DNA of 64,000 nucleotides from Streptosporangiales bacterium (GCA_009379955.1 WHST01000007.1:6267-70266); one strand, 5' to 3'; counted from the first letter of the stretch, positions 43,174 to 52,800 are shown. Notes: generated by a model not told the origin, from the letters alone. Program-made: numbers and translations.

Positions 43174-44289
43174 ATGGAGCACACCCCGGAACACACCCGC
43201 ATCCTCGTCTCGGGCGGCGGCATCGCCGGCCTCGCACTCGCGTACTGGCTGCGCCGATACGGCTTCCGCCCTACCGTCGTCGAGCGGGCTGCCGCCCTGC
43301 GCGGGGGCGGTCAGGCCGTCGACCTCCGCGGAGCCGCACGCGACGTCGCCGAACGCATGGGCCTGATGCCCGACATCAGGTCGGCGCACACCGGTACCCG
43401 CGGCATGGCGTACGTCGACAGGCGCGGCCGCCGGCTGGCGTACATGGACACCGAGTCGTTCGGCGACTCGGGCGGCGCGATCGCCGACATCGAGATCCTG
43501 CGCAGCGACCTGGTGCGGATTCTTCTCGCGGCCGCGCAGGACGGCGTCGAGTACCTCTTCGACGACTCGATCACCGCGCTCACCGAGACCCCGGACGGTG
43601 TCGAGGTCGGGTTCGAACGGTCCGCGCCGCGCGTCTTCGACCTCGTGGTCGGCGCGGACGGAACGCGCTCGAACGTCCGCCGTCTCGCGTTCGGCCCCGA
43701 CGACGGCTACGTCACCGACGGCGGCCACTACCTGGGAATCTTCGCGACGACGACGCCGTACGACCTCGACGGCTGGCAGGTCATGTACGCGATGCCGGGC
43801 AGGCTGGCGGGCCTGTACCCGACCGGGAGTGAGGGTGACGCGCGGGCGATGCTGTTCTTCCGCTCACCGCCGCTCGACGTCGACCGGCGCGACCTCGACG
43901 CGCAGCGGCGCGTGCTCGCGGACGCCTTCGCCGGCCAGGGGTGGGAGGTGCCCCGGCTGATCGAGGCGATGTGGCAGGCGCCCGACCTGTACGTCGACCG
44001 CGCGGCGAAGGTGACGATGGACCGCTGGTCGAGCGGCCGGGTCGTGCTGCTCGGGGATGCGAGCTTCGCCGGCTCGGTCGGCATGGGAACGAGCATGGCG
44101 CTGGTGGGTGCGTACGTCCTGGCGGGGGAGCTTGCCGTCGCCCGCGACCACCGCGCCGCCTTCACCGCGTACGAACGCGCGCTACGCGATTACGTGACGG
44201 CGTGTCAGAAGCCGCTGCCCGGCGGCGAGCGCGGGTTCCTGCCGCCGACGCGGCTGGAGATCTGGCTGCGCATCAGGTGCTCCGCCTGA
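43174..44289 (+). CDS. FAD-dependent monooxygenase (possibly frameshifted near its 3' end)
   Basis: ATG at 43174 in ORF 43156..44289. Motifs ILVSGGGIAGLALAYWL and VVLLGDASF. See the finding on continuation in another frame to 44393. Confidence 0.85.
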   Translation: MEHTPEHTRILVSGGGIAGLALAYWLRRYGFRPTVVERAAALRGGGQAVDLRGAARDVAERMGLMPDIRSAHTGTRGMAYVDRRGRRLAYMDTESFGDSGGAIADIEILRSDLVRILLAAAQDGVEYLFDDSITALTETPDGVEVGFERSAPRVFDLVVGADGTRSNVRRLAFGPDDGYVTDGGHYLGIFATTTPYDLDGWQVMYAMPGRLAGLYPTGSEGDARAMLFFRSPPLDVDRRDLDAQRRVLADAFAGQGWEVPRLIEAMWQAPDLYVDRAAKVTMDRWSSGRVVLLGDASFAGSVGMGTSMALVGAYVLAGELAVARDHRAAFTAYERALRDYVTACQKPLPGGERGFLPPTRLEIWLRIRCSA

Positions 44290-44406
44290 TGACGCGGCTT
44301 CCCGGCAAAGGACTGCTCACCGGCGGTCTGCAGGACACGGCCAACGCCGTCACGCTGAAGGACTACCGGTCGCCTCGCGTCGCCGGGAGGTGACCGGTGA
44401 CGACGG

Positions 44407-45177
44407 TCAGTGGCCCTGCCAGGTCGGGCGTTCCTTCGCGAGGAACGACGCGACGCCGTGCACGAAGTCGTCGCTGCCGAACACCGTCCGCACGATGTCG
44501 TCGCCGTCCGGCAGCGCGGCCACCCGCAACCGGTGCACCGCCTCCTTGGCCGCCCACATGGTGAGCGGCGCGTGCTGCAGCAGGCGGTCGGTCACCTTGG
44601 CGGCGCACGCGTCGAGAGCGCCGTCGTCGCAGACCTCGGCGACGTAGCCCGCGGCGTGCGCCTCGTCCGCCGTGAACAGCCGGGCACGCAGCAGCATGTC
44701 CAGCGCCCTGGCTGGGCCGAGGTGGTGGACGAGGAGCGAGTACGAGTTCATCGACAGGCAGTTGCCGACCGTACGGGCGATCGGCACGCCGAAGCGCCCG
44801 CTGCGGGTGGCGACGCGGATGTCGCACACCAACGCGATCGCGAGCCCGCCGCCGACGCAGTAGCCGGACACCGCCGCGACCGTCGGCACGCGCACCCGCT
44901 CCAGCCGGCCGACCACCTCGCCGATCCGCGCCTCGTACGCGACACCGTCGTCGCCGCCGCTGAACTCGCGGAAGTGCGAGATGTCGGTGCCGGCGACGAA
45001 CGCGCCGTCACCGGCACCCCGCAGCACCATCGCCCGTATTCCGGCGCCGTCCGCGCGTGCGCAGGCGTCGGCGAGGGCGTCGTACATCTCCCACGTCATC
45101 GCGTTGCGCTGCTCCGGCCGGTTGAACGTGACCCGCAGCACGGCGCCGTCGCGTTCGACGAGCAGTTGGTCAGACAC
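44407..45177 (-). CDS. enoyl-CoA hydratase/isomerase (crotonase) family protein
   Basis: 256 aa with LRVTFNRPEQRNAMT, VLRGAGDGAFVAGTDI and AAVSGYCVGGGLAIALVCDIRV. Confidence 0.92.
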   Translation of the reverse strand: MSDQLLVERDGAVLRVTFNRPEQRNAMTWEMYDALADACARADGAGIRAMVLRGAGDGAFVAGTDISHFREFSGGDDGVAYEARIGEVVGRLERVRVPTVAAVSGYCVGGGLAIALVCDIRVATRSGRFGVPIARTVGNCLSMNSYSLLVHHLGPARALDMLLRARLFTADEAHAAGYVAEVCDDGALDACAAKVTDRLLQHAPLTMWAAKEAVHRLRVAALPDGDDIVRTVFGSDDFVHGVASFLAKERPTWQGH

Positions 45178-46687
45178 GTGTCGTCTCCCTTCCCGGGTTC
45201 GCCTCGTCGCCCGCGCGCGACCGCCGCAGCCGGCGCCGCAGCGGCGGCCCGGCGACGAAGAGCACGGCGACGAGGAGGATCACGACGCAGATCGGCCTGG
45301 TCAGGACGATCGCCAGGTTGCCGTCGCCCAGTGCGGAGGTCTGCACGAGGGCCTTCTCGAACAGTGTGCCGATGACCAGCCCGAGCACGAGCGGCGCGAT
45401 CGGCAGGTCGTACCGCTTCATCAGGTATCCCACGACGCCGAAGAAGAAGACGAGCAGCACGCTGAAGTAGTTGTTCCCGATGGCGTACGCGCCGACGAAG
45501 CTGGTGAAGAGGATCAGCGGGTACATGTACGCGTACGGCAGGCGGAGCAGCTGCGCGAACACCGGCGCCATCGGCAGGTTGAGGACGAGCAGGATCACGT
45601 TGCCGATGAAGAACGACGCGAGCAGGCCCCACACGAGCTCCGGTTGTTCCGTGAACAGCAGTGGTCCCGGCTGGATGCCGTAGATGGTGAACGCACCCAG
45701 GAGCACGGCGGTCGTCGCGCCGCCTGGGATGCCGAGCGTGAGCGTCGGGATGAAGTTGGCGTTGGCGGCGGAGTTGTTCGCGCTCTCCGGGGCGGCGACA
45801 CCCTCGATCGCGCCCTTGCCGAACTCGTCGCGGTGCTTGGACACGCGCTTCTCGATCCCGTACGCCATGAACGACGCGAGCGTCGACCCGGCGCCCGGCA
45901 GGCAGCCGAGCAGGAACCCGATGACGCTGCCGCGCCCGATGGCACCGCGCGAGCGCGCGATGTCGGCCCGCTTGATCACCAGGTCGCGGAAGCGGGCGCG
46001 GATCGGGTCGACCGCCCCGACGCGGATCTGGTACAGCACCTCGCCGACGGCGAAGAGGCCGATCATCACCTGGACGTACGGGATGCCGGACAGCAGGTTG
46101 ACGCTGCCGAACGTGAAGCGCGCCGTGTCACCCGCCGCGTCGGTACCGACGCAGGCGAGCAGCACGCCGGCGACGGCCATGGCGAGGCTCCTGAGCTTCG
46201 ACTCCCCGGAGAAGCTCACGATGGTGGCGAGGCCGAGGGCCATCACGGCGAGGTTCTCCGGCGGGCCGAAGTCCAGCGCGAACCGCGCGAGCGGGGGAGC
46301 GACGGCGGAGAGGAGCAGCAGCGAGAACACCGCTGCCACGAACGAGCCGATGGCCGCGATCGCCAGTGCGGGACCCGCGCGTCCCTGCCGCGCCATCTGG
46401 TAGCCGTCGATCGTGGTGACGACGCTCGACGCCTCGCCCGGCGTGGAGATCAGCACCGAGGTGATGGTGCCGCCGTACTGCGAGCCGTAGTAGATGCCCG
46501 CCAGCATGATGAGGGCGGTGACCGGCTCGAGGGTGAGCGTGAGCGGGATGAGCACGGCCACGCCGGTGCTCGAGCCGAGTCCGGGGAGCAGGCCGATGAT
46601 CGTGCCGAGCAGCACTCCGACGAAGCACCACAGCAGGTTCGTCGGGGTGAACGCGGTCTCGAAGCCGAGCAGGAGGTTCTGCAGCAT
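45170..46687 (-). CDS. tctA: tripartite tricarboxylate transporter permease, large subunit
   Basis: 505 aa with MLQNLLLGFETAFTPTNLLWCFVGVLLGTIIGLLPGLG and GYQMARQGRAG. Confidence 0.92.
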   Translation of the reverse strand: MLQNLLLGFETAFTPTNLLWCFVGVLLGTIIGLLPGLGSSTGVAVLIPLTLTLEPVTALIMLAGIYYGSQYGGTITSVLISTPGEASSVVTTIDGYQMARQGRAGPALAIAAIGSFVAAVFSLLLLSAVAPPLARFALDFGPPENLAVMALGLATIVSFSGESKLRSLAMAVAGVLLACVGTDAAGDTARFTFGSVNLLSGIPYVQVMIGLFAVGEVLYQIRVGAVDPIRARFRDLVIKRADIARSRGAIGRGSVIGFLLGCLPGAGSTLASFMAYGIEKRVSKHRDEFGKGAIEGVAAPESANNSAANANFIPTLTLGIPGGATTAVLLGAFTIYGIQPGPLLFTEQPELVWGLLASFFIGNVILLVLNLPMAPVFAQLLRLPYAYMYPLILFTSFVGAYAIGNNYFSVLLVFFFGVVGYLMKRYDLPIAPLVLGLVIGTLFEKALVQTSALGDGNLAIVLTRPICVVILLVAVLFVAGPPLRRRLRRSRAGDEANPGRETTRV

Positions 46688-46693
46688 CGACCG

Positions 46694-47203
46694 TCACGCC
46701 CCCAGGATCGCGAAGGCACCCCACGGCAGCGGGATCTTCATGAACAGGACGAACACCAGGTAGACGAACGCCGACGCCGCGGCCGCGACCAGCAGCGAGG
46801 TCGTGAAGCGGCGCCGTTCGACCCATGCGGACACGACGAGCACCATCAGGCCGAACGAGACGATGAACCCGAGGACGAGGACGAGGACGACTGTCGCCGT
46901 CACGAGCCCGAACACGGTCCACAGGATCCGCACCCGCTGCCGCCGAGTGCGTCCCATGACGTCGACGTCCGGCCCGTCCTCGGGCGCGGAGCGCTCCGCC
47001 GGTCGCCGCACCACCCGCACGGCGAGCACGGCGCTCAGCACCGCGAGCAGGACACCGCAGACGAGCGGCAGGAAGCCGGGTCCGACGCGGTTCCCCGAGA
47101 CGAGGATGCCGTAGCCGAACGAGGTCACCGCCACGGTTGCGCCGATGACGGTGAGGCCGCCGTAGACGGCGACCTCACCGGGACGCAACGGCAATTCGCT
47201 CAC
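46694..47203 (-). CDS. tctB: tripartite tricarboxylate transporter small subunit (TctB family)
   Basis: 169 aa, four transmembrane segments, located between tctC and tctA. Confidence 0.8.
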   Translation of the reverse strand: MSELPLRPGEVAVYGGLTVIGATVAVTSFGYGILVSGNRVGPGFLPLVCGVLLAVLSAVLAVRVVRRPAERSAPEDGPDVDVMGRTRRQRVRILWTVFGLVTATVVLVLVLGFIVSFGLMVLVVSAWVERRRFTTSLLVAAAASAFVYLVFVLFMKIPLPWGAFAILGA

Positions 47204-48189
47204 GTCAGCACCTTGCGGAGCACCTCGTCGTTCTCATCGAGGTACGACGAGAAGTCGTCGCCGTACGCCGTGACGGGCTGGAGGTAGTTCGTGTCGATGT
47301 ACTTCTGGTAGTCGTCGGACTCGGCGAACTTCTTGGCCACGGTCACCCAGCCCTCGCGCTGTGCGGCGGTGATGCCGCCGGTCGCGAGCACGCCGCGGAA
47401 CTGCGCGAACGAGACGTCGATGCCCTGCTCCTTCGCCGTCGGGATGTCCTTCAGCTTGTCGTACGTGTACCGCTTCGGCGCGTACGCGCACAGCGCCTTG
47501 AGGTCGCCTGAGTCGAGCTGGCCGATCACCTCGCCGGGGTTGAGCGAGGCGATGTCCAGCTGGTCGCCGAGCAGTGCCGCGACGAGTTCGCTGCCGGACT
47601 CGAACGGGACGCGGTCGAACTTCGCGCCGTTCTGCTGTTCGGTCAGCGTGAGCACGATGTTGTCGAGTCCGGTCTTGCCGGAGATCCCGGCGACGACTCG
47701 CTCCTTCTTCGACTTCGCGACCACGTCGGCGCAGGTCTTCATCGGCGAGTCCTTCGGGACGACCAGCAGCGTATAGTCCTCGCCGACCTTCATGATCGGG
47801 GTGAAGTCCTCGCGCGTGAACTTCACCTTCTGCGTCAGCGGCAGGGCGAGCAGCGACGTCTCGGTGGCGAGGAGGTAGCGTGCGTTGCCCTTGCGGGACA
47901 GGAAGGACGAGTACCCGACCGCGCCCGACCCGCCGTCGCGGTTCTCGACGTTGACGTTGAGACCCTTCGCGGACTTCTCCAGTCCTGCGGCCATCGCGCG
48001 GCCCGCCAGGTCGCTGCCCCCGCCGGGTGCGAACGGGACGATCATCGTCGCGTTGCCGGTGGGTTTCCAGGCGCCGCCCCCGGTTTCGTCCGCCTGACCA
48101 CCGCCCGCCATGTCGCCGCATCCGGTGAGGAGTGCGGCGACGAGGGTGACTCCGGTGATCGATGCTGTCGTCGTACGGTTCCGGCGCAT
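47200..48189 (-). CDS. tctC: tripartite tricarboxylate transporter substrate-binding protein (Bug/TctC family), lipoprotein
   Basis: Lipobox LLTGC, then PFAPGGGSDLAGRA, typical of the Bug family. Confidence 0.9.
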   Translation of the reverse strand: MRRNRTTTASITGVTLVAALLTGCGDMAGGGQADETGGGAWKPTGNATMIVPFAPGGGSDLAGRAMAAGLEKSAKGLNVNVENRDGGSGAVGYSSFLSRKGNARYLLATETSLLALPLTQKVKFTREDFTPIMKVGEDYTLLVVPKDSPMKTCADVVAKSKKERVVAGISGKTGLDNIVLTLTEQQNGAKFDRVPFESGSELVAALLGDQLDIASLNPGEVIGQLDSGDLKALCAYAPKRYTYDKLKDIPTAKEQGIDVSFAQFRGVLATGGITAAQREGWVTVAKKFAESDDYQKYIDTNYLQPVTAYGDDFSSYLDENDEVLRKVLT

Positions 48190-48220
48190 GCTGTTCCTCC
48201 AGGTGGTCCCCGTCGAAGGG

Positions 48221-49486
48221 CTAGAGCGGGTCGGGGAGTGGCGGCGTGGTGTCGCCGTCCGCCGGCTCCTCGCCGGGCACGCCGACGACAGCGCCGCGCA
48301 CGAGCTCGTCGACCTGCGCGGGTTCGTAGCCGATCTCGGCGAGGACGTCGGCCGAGTCGCCGCCGAGGAGGGGACCCGCGGCGCGACGGGTGGTGGGCGT
48401 GGCGGAGAGGCGGACCGGCGAGCCGAGCTGCCTGACCGGGCCCAGCACCGGGTGCGGAGCGTCCCAGAAGAAGTCCCGTACCGTGAGGTGCTCGTCGGTG
48501 AAGACCTCGTCGGTGGTGGCGAGGGGAGCGCAGGGCACCCCGGCCGCGTCGAGCGTCGCCACCAGGTCGGCCGTCGTGCGCGCCGCCGTCACTTCCTCGA
48601 TCGCGGGGATGAGCGAGTCGCGGTTGGCCTGCCGGTCGAACGCGCTGCCGTAGCGCGGGTCGTCGCGGATCGCGTCGAGCCCGAGCGCCCCGCAGAACGC
48701 GGGCCATGTCCTGGCGGTGACCGCGCCCACGGTGATCCAGCCGTCGGCGGTGCGCACGGCCTGGTACGGCGCGGTCGACTGGTGTGCGGAGCCCAGCCGC
48801 TCGCCCGGCTCGCCGGTGGCGAAGAACCGGCCGGCCTCCCAGATCGCGAACGAGACGCCGGCCTCGTACAACGACACGTCGACGTGCTGGCCCTCGCCGG
48901 TGAGCTCCCGCGCGCGCAGCGCGGCGACCGCGCCGAGCGCGCCGTACAGGCCGCAGACGAGATCGCAGATCGGGACGCCGACCTTCACCGGTCCGCCGTC
49001 GGGCTCGCCGGTGACGCTCATGAGTCCGGAGCGCGCCTGCGCCATGATGTCGAGACCCGGCAGGTCGGCGAGCGGGCCGTCGAGCCCCCAGCCGGACGCC
49101 GAGACGTACACCAGCCGCGGGTTGATCGCGCGTACCGCGTCGTAGCCGAACCCCAGTCGGGCGAGGGTGCCTGGCCGCAGGTTCTGCACCAGGACGTCGG
49201 TGTCGGCGAGCAGCCGCCGGAGCACGTCCTTGCCCGCGTCGGCCTTGAGGTCGAGGGCGAGCGACCGCTTGTTCCTGTTGAGCCGGATGAACGGCGAGCT
49301 GTGGCCCTCGAGGAACGGGCCGGTGGCGCGGACCGGGTCGCCGCCGTCGCGGTTCTCGACCTTGATCACGTCGGCGCCGAGGTCGGCGAGTTGCATGGTC
49401 GCGAACGGCGCCGCCATGAACGCCCCGATCTCGACGACGCGCACGCCGGCGAGTGATCCTGTCGGTGCTGTCGCGTGCTCCGCCAT
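48221..49486 (-). CDS. CoA-transferase family III (CaiB/BaiF) protein
   Basis: 421 aa with LAGVRVVEIGAFMAAPFATMQLADLGADVIKVE and DVLVQNLRPG. Confidence 0.92.
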   Translation of the reverse strand: MAEHATAPTGSLAGVRVVEIGAFMAAPFATMQLADLGADVIKVENRDGGDPVRATGPFLEGHSSPFIRLNRNKRSLALDLKADAGKDVLRRLLADTDVLVQNLRPGTLARLGFGYDAVRAINPRLVYVSASGWGLDGPLADLPGLDIMAQARSGLMSVTGEPDGGPVKVGVPICDLVCGLYGALGAVAALRARELTGEGQHVDVSLYEAGVSFAIWEAGRFFATGEPGERLGSAHQSTAPYQAVRTADGWITVGAVTARTWPAFCGALGLDAIRDDPRYGSAFDRQANRDSLIPAIEEVTAARTTADLVATLDAAGVPCAPLATTDEVFTDEHLTVRDFFWDAPHPVLGPVRQLGSPVRLSATPTTRRAAGPLLGGDSADVLAEIGYEPAQVDELVRGAVVGVPGEEPADGDTTPPLPDPL

Positions 49487-49530
49487 GCCCGAACGACCTC
49501 GCTGTCGTCGTGGGGGACTGCAGTAGCCTA

Positions 49531-49557
49531 TTGTCTACAACAGACAGATTCGATCTG
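49531..49557. promoter_or_regulatory. GntR-type operator palindromes in the divergent region
   Basis: TTGTCTACAA (49531-49540) fits the T.GT..AC.A pattern. TGTCT-ACAAC-AGACA lies at 49532-49546 and CAGAT-TCG-ATCTG at 49545-49557. Confidence 0.5.
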
Positions 49558-49567
49558 ACAAGACCGG

Positions 49568-50359
49568 ATGGCGGTTGGTCAGGAGAGGACGGTCGTGACC
49601 GTGACCGACGCGTCGGCGCCGCACGCGGGCACGCGGGCGCCCAGGATCGCGACGCCGCCGAGCCTCGTCGACCTCGCGGTCGACACGTTGCGCCGGATGA
49701 TCCTGCGCGGTGATCTGCCGCCCGGCGCCCGCCTGGTGGAGAACCAGCTCACCCACGAGCTGGGCATCAGCCGCCCGCCGCTGCGCGAGGCGTTGCGCAT
49801 CCTGGAGCGCGAGGGCCTGGCCGTCCAGCAGCCGCGTCGAGGCGTGATCGTCGCGCCGCTGACCCTCCACGACGTGTACGAGATCTTCACCATGCGCCGC
49901 GAGCTCGAGCTCTTCGCCGTACGCCTGGGGGTCCCGGTGCGCGACCCGGCGCGGCTCGACCGCTGCCGGGTCGGGTTGGCGGCCATGGAGAGCGCGGCCC
50001 GAGCCGACGACGTGGCGACACACGCCGAGGCCGCCTTCGAGTTCCACGTGTCGGTGATCGCGCTCGCCGGTCATCGCCGGCTGGAGGACGCGTACCGTCG
50101 GATGCAGCTGCAGATGCTGCTGTGCATCGCGATGAACAGGCGGGCACGTGGGATCGGTGAGAACCTCCTCCAGGACGTCGCGCGGCACCGGCGGCTGCTG
50201 GTCAAGATCGAGGCCGGTGACCCTGCGGTCGTCCTCGACGAGCTGATGCACCACGGAGACCGCACGTTCCTCGACGGCATCGAGGACCGCCTGGACGGCC
50301 ACAGCGAGGTCGCCCTGGAGTGGCTCGCCGCGGTCCGCGGTGGCAGTCACGAGCTCTAG
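49568..50359 (+). CDS. GntR family transcriptional regulator (FadR/FCD subfamily)
   Basis: Winged HTH LVENQLTHELGISRPPLREALRILEREGLA plus an all-helical C-domain. Confidence 0.9.
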   Translation: MAVGQERTVVTVTDASAPHAGTRAPRIATPPSLVDLAVDTLRRMILRGDLPPGARLVENQLTHELGISRPPLREALRILEREGLAVQQPRRGVIVAPLTLHDVYEIFTMRRELELFAVRLGVPVRDPARLDRCRVGLAAMESAARADDVATHAEAAFEFHVSVIALAGHRRLEDAYRRMQLQMLLCIAMNRRARGIGENLLQDVARHRRLLVKIEAGDPAVVLDELMHHGDRTFLDGIEDRLDGHSEVALEWLAAVRGGSHEL

Positions 50360-50757
50360 GAGACCCGGTTGCGGCGCAGCCAGAGCAGGCCGGCCACGGG
50401 CAGCACGAGCGGGATGAACAGGTAGCCGCGCCCGTACGCCGACCAGACGGTCTCGTCGGGGAACGCCGCCGGGTCGACGAGGCTCGCCGTGCCGACCGCG
50501 AGCACCCCGAGCAGCTCGACCGTGCACGAGGCGATGGCGATGCGCCATGACGCCCGCCCGCTGCGCGCCATCATGACGGTCGCGAGCGCGTACACGACGG
50601 CCGAGAACGCCGACAGGAGGTACGCCAGCGGCGCCTCGGCGAACCGGTCGGCGATCTGCACGGCGGCGCGTGCGCCGGCCGCGACCGTAAAGACCGCGTA
50701 GACGCCGACGAGGACCCGGCCGGGTCCGCTGCGTCGCTTGCGTACCGGCTCAGGCAC
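50356..50757 (-). CDS. integral membrane protein of unknown function (4 predicted TM)
   Basis: 133 aa, hydrophobic. Translationally coupled (8-nt overlap) to the upstream membrane protein gene. Confidence 0.6.
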   Translation of the reverse strand: MPEPVRKRRSGPGRVLVGVYAVFTVAAGARAAVQIADRFAEAPLAYLLSAFSAVVYALATVMMARSGRASWRIAIASCTVELLGVLAVGTASLVDPAAFPDETVWSAYGRGYLFIPLVLPVAGLLWLRRNRVS

Positions 50758-51124
50758 CGGCCCACACCTGGTTCATCCGCGCGACGAGGACCGGCACGAC
50801 GAGGCACGCGACGGCGAGCACCGCCGAGCTCCACCTGCTGCGGTCCATGAACCCCCACACCATGCCCACCGGCAGGACGAGCAGCGAGCCGAGGAGGTAG
50901 AGCAGGAACGTCGCCATGCCGTCCGCGGGACGTTCGCCCCCGGTCATCATGACGACCGCGAGCACGAGCTGCACCAGGAGCCCGAGCTCGAGGACCGCGA
51001 GCGCGGCGAGATGGATCATCCCCATCGGCTTGTTCGCGGCCGTCATGACGAGACAGAACAGCGCGACCGCGAGCGGCGCGATCGTCAGGACGAGCGACAG
51101 GGTGGGGTTCATCGAGGGGTCCAA
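50750..51124 (-). CDS. integral membrane protein of unknown function (4 predicted TM)
   Basis: 124 aa, hydrophobic. Begins 4 nt after the stop of the ccsA-like gene. Confidence 0.6.
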   Translation of the reverse strand: MDPSMNPTLSLVLTIAPLAVALFCLVMTAANKPMGMIHLAALAVLELGLLVQLVLAVVMMTGGERPADGMATFLLYLLGSLLVLPVGMVWGFMDRSRWSSAVLAVACLVVPVLVARMNQVWAGA

Positions 51125-51128
51125 CCTC

Positions 51129-52025
51129 CTAGAGACCGGCGTACGAGTGCAGGCCGTTCAGCCAGACGTTGACGACGACGAGGTTGAACAGCACGCACGC
51201 GTAGGCGACACAGCAGATTACCGCCGCGCGTCGCGACTTCCATCCGGCGGTCGACCGCGCGTGCAGGTAGGCGGCGTACGCCACCCAGGCGATGAACGCC
51301 CACGTCTCCTTGGGGTCCCAGCCCCAGTAACGACCCCAGGCCGCCTCCGCCCAGACGGCGCCGGTGACGATCGCGAACGTCCACAGCGGGAACGCGAACA
51401 CGACGGTGCGGTGCGCGAGCCGGTTGAGCACCTCGGCCGCCGGGAGGCGTCCCGCCCCGTCATCGGAGGCATCGGCGTCCCGCCGCGACCGCACCAGGTA
51501 GAGGACCGCGAAGACGGTGCCGGCGGTGCTGGCGCCCGCGGCGACGATCGCGGTGGTCACGTGGATGACGATCCAGTACGAGTGCAACGCGGGCACGAGT
51601 TGCGGGAGCGGTCGGTAGAGCACTGTGGTGGCCAGCGCGATGCCGACCACGGCCGGGAGCATGACGAACAGCCCGAGGTGACGCCGTGTCGACTGCCTCT
51701 CGCGGCGGGTGAGGACGAGCAGCGCCACGACCGCGGACAGGACGAGCGCCGACACGAACTCGCCCATCGTCCCCCACGGCGCGCGTCCCGCGGCGACGCC
51801 GAGCGTGACGAGGTGACCGGCGTGCAGGCACGCGCCGCCGGCCGCGACCAGCCAGCCGAAGCGGCCGGCGAGTGGTGGCATCGTCGCCAGCACGCCTGGC
51901 GATGCGCCCGTGGTCGCCGCCCGGGTGGGGCCGTACGCGAACGCGTACAGGACCAGGGCGAGCACGTACGCGGCCACCGCGCCGGTCATCAGCTGGTCGC
52001 TGACGGGGACCAGGGCGGCGGGCAT
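51129..52025 (-). CDS. cytochrome c assembly protein, CcsA/ResC family
   Basis: Inner ATG (MPAALVPVSDQ) of ORF 51129..52316. Tryptophan-rich heme-handling motif WGRYWGWDPKETWA with flanking His residues. Confidence 0.8.
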   Translation of the reverse strand: MPAALVPVSDQLMTGAVAAYVLALVLYAFAYGPTRAATTGASPGVLATMPPLAGRFGWLVAAGGACLHAGHLVTLGVAAGRAPWGTMGEFVSALVLSAVVALLVLTRRERQSTRRHLGLFVMLPAVVGIALATTVLYRPLPQLVPALHSYWIVIHVTTAIVAAGASTAGTVFAVLYLVRSRRDADASDDGAGRLPAAEVLNRLAHRTVVFAFPLWTFAIVTGAVWAEAAWGRYWGWDPKETWAFIAWVAYAAYLHARSTAGWKSRRAAVICCVAYACVLFNLVVVNVWLNGLHSYAGL

Positions 52026-52099
52026 GCGGCTCCTCGCGGGGACAGAGATGGCGACACAACGTCCGGAACTATAGCGACATCGTGTAGCCAACTCCACTG

Positions 52100-52741
52100 G
52101 TGGGTCGGCCCTACGATGGGGCGGTGTCCCCGGCCAGCGGCAACCTCGACGCGCATCGCGCGACGATGCGGAGCCGCATCCTCGTGGCCGTCCGGGAGCT
52201 CGCCCTGACCCGCGGCGTCGACAAGGTCTCGTTCGCCGACGTCGCCGCGCAGGCCGGACTCGCGCGCAGCGTCGTCTACCACTACTTCCCCGACAAGCGC
52301 GCCCTGCTGATCGCACACGCCGAGGACGAGACGACGCGGTTCATGGACGCGTTCACCGCCGCGCTGTCCGGCACGGCGTCCGCGACGGAGCGGCTGCGGC
52401 TGTACGTACGGATGCAGCTCACCGACTTCGTCGAGCACCCGCAACCGGCCGGTCCCGAGCTCGCGGTGCTGCTCGGACCTGACGGGTACGAACGGATGCA
52501 CGCGCACGTCCGCCCGCTGGCCACGCTGCTCACCGAGATCGTGGCCGAGGGCATGGCGTCCGGCGAGTTCGCGACGGGCGACCCCGGGGCGGCGGCCGCG
52601 CTGGTGCACGGCTGCCTCGGCGCGGAGCGCCACCCCCTGGGGCAGGGCCACCACGACCTGGCTGCCACGATCGGCCGCGTCACCGCGTTCGTCCTCCGGG
52701 GGATGGGCGCCGACGAGAACGCCTCGCCCCGCCTCGAATGA
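52100..52741 (+). CDS. TetR/AcrR family transcriptional regulator
   Basis: HTH region ILVAVRELALTRGVDKVSFADVAAQAGLARSVVYHYFPDKRALL. The start is uncertain (52100 or 52166). Confidence 0.88.
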   Translation: MGRPYDGAVSPASGNLDAHRATMRSRILVAVRELALTRGVDKVSFADVAAQAGLARSVVYHYFPDKRALLIAHAEDETTRFMDAFTAALSGTASATERLRLYVRMQLTDFVEHPQPAGPELAVLLGPDGYERMHAHVRPLATLLTEIVAEGMASGEFATGDPGAAAALVHGCLGAERHPLGQGHHDLAATIGRVTAFVLRGMGADENASPRLE

Positions 52742-52800
52742 TCACGTTCAGTTGGTGAAGCCGCACCGAACACGGCCCATGCGCCGTGGGAAGTGCACCG

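Noticed and set aside
50356-50359. CTAG tetranucleotides serving as overlapping stop codons for convergent genes (also at 2298-2301).
   Set aside because: This is a neat but trivial consequence of TAG stops on both strands. CTAG occurs about a dozen times in the window by my eye scan, so no special significance is claimed. The same reasoning applies to the CCTAGG ends of the 22852-22900 hairpin.
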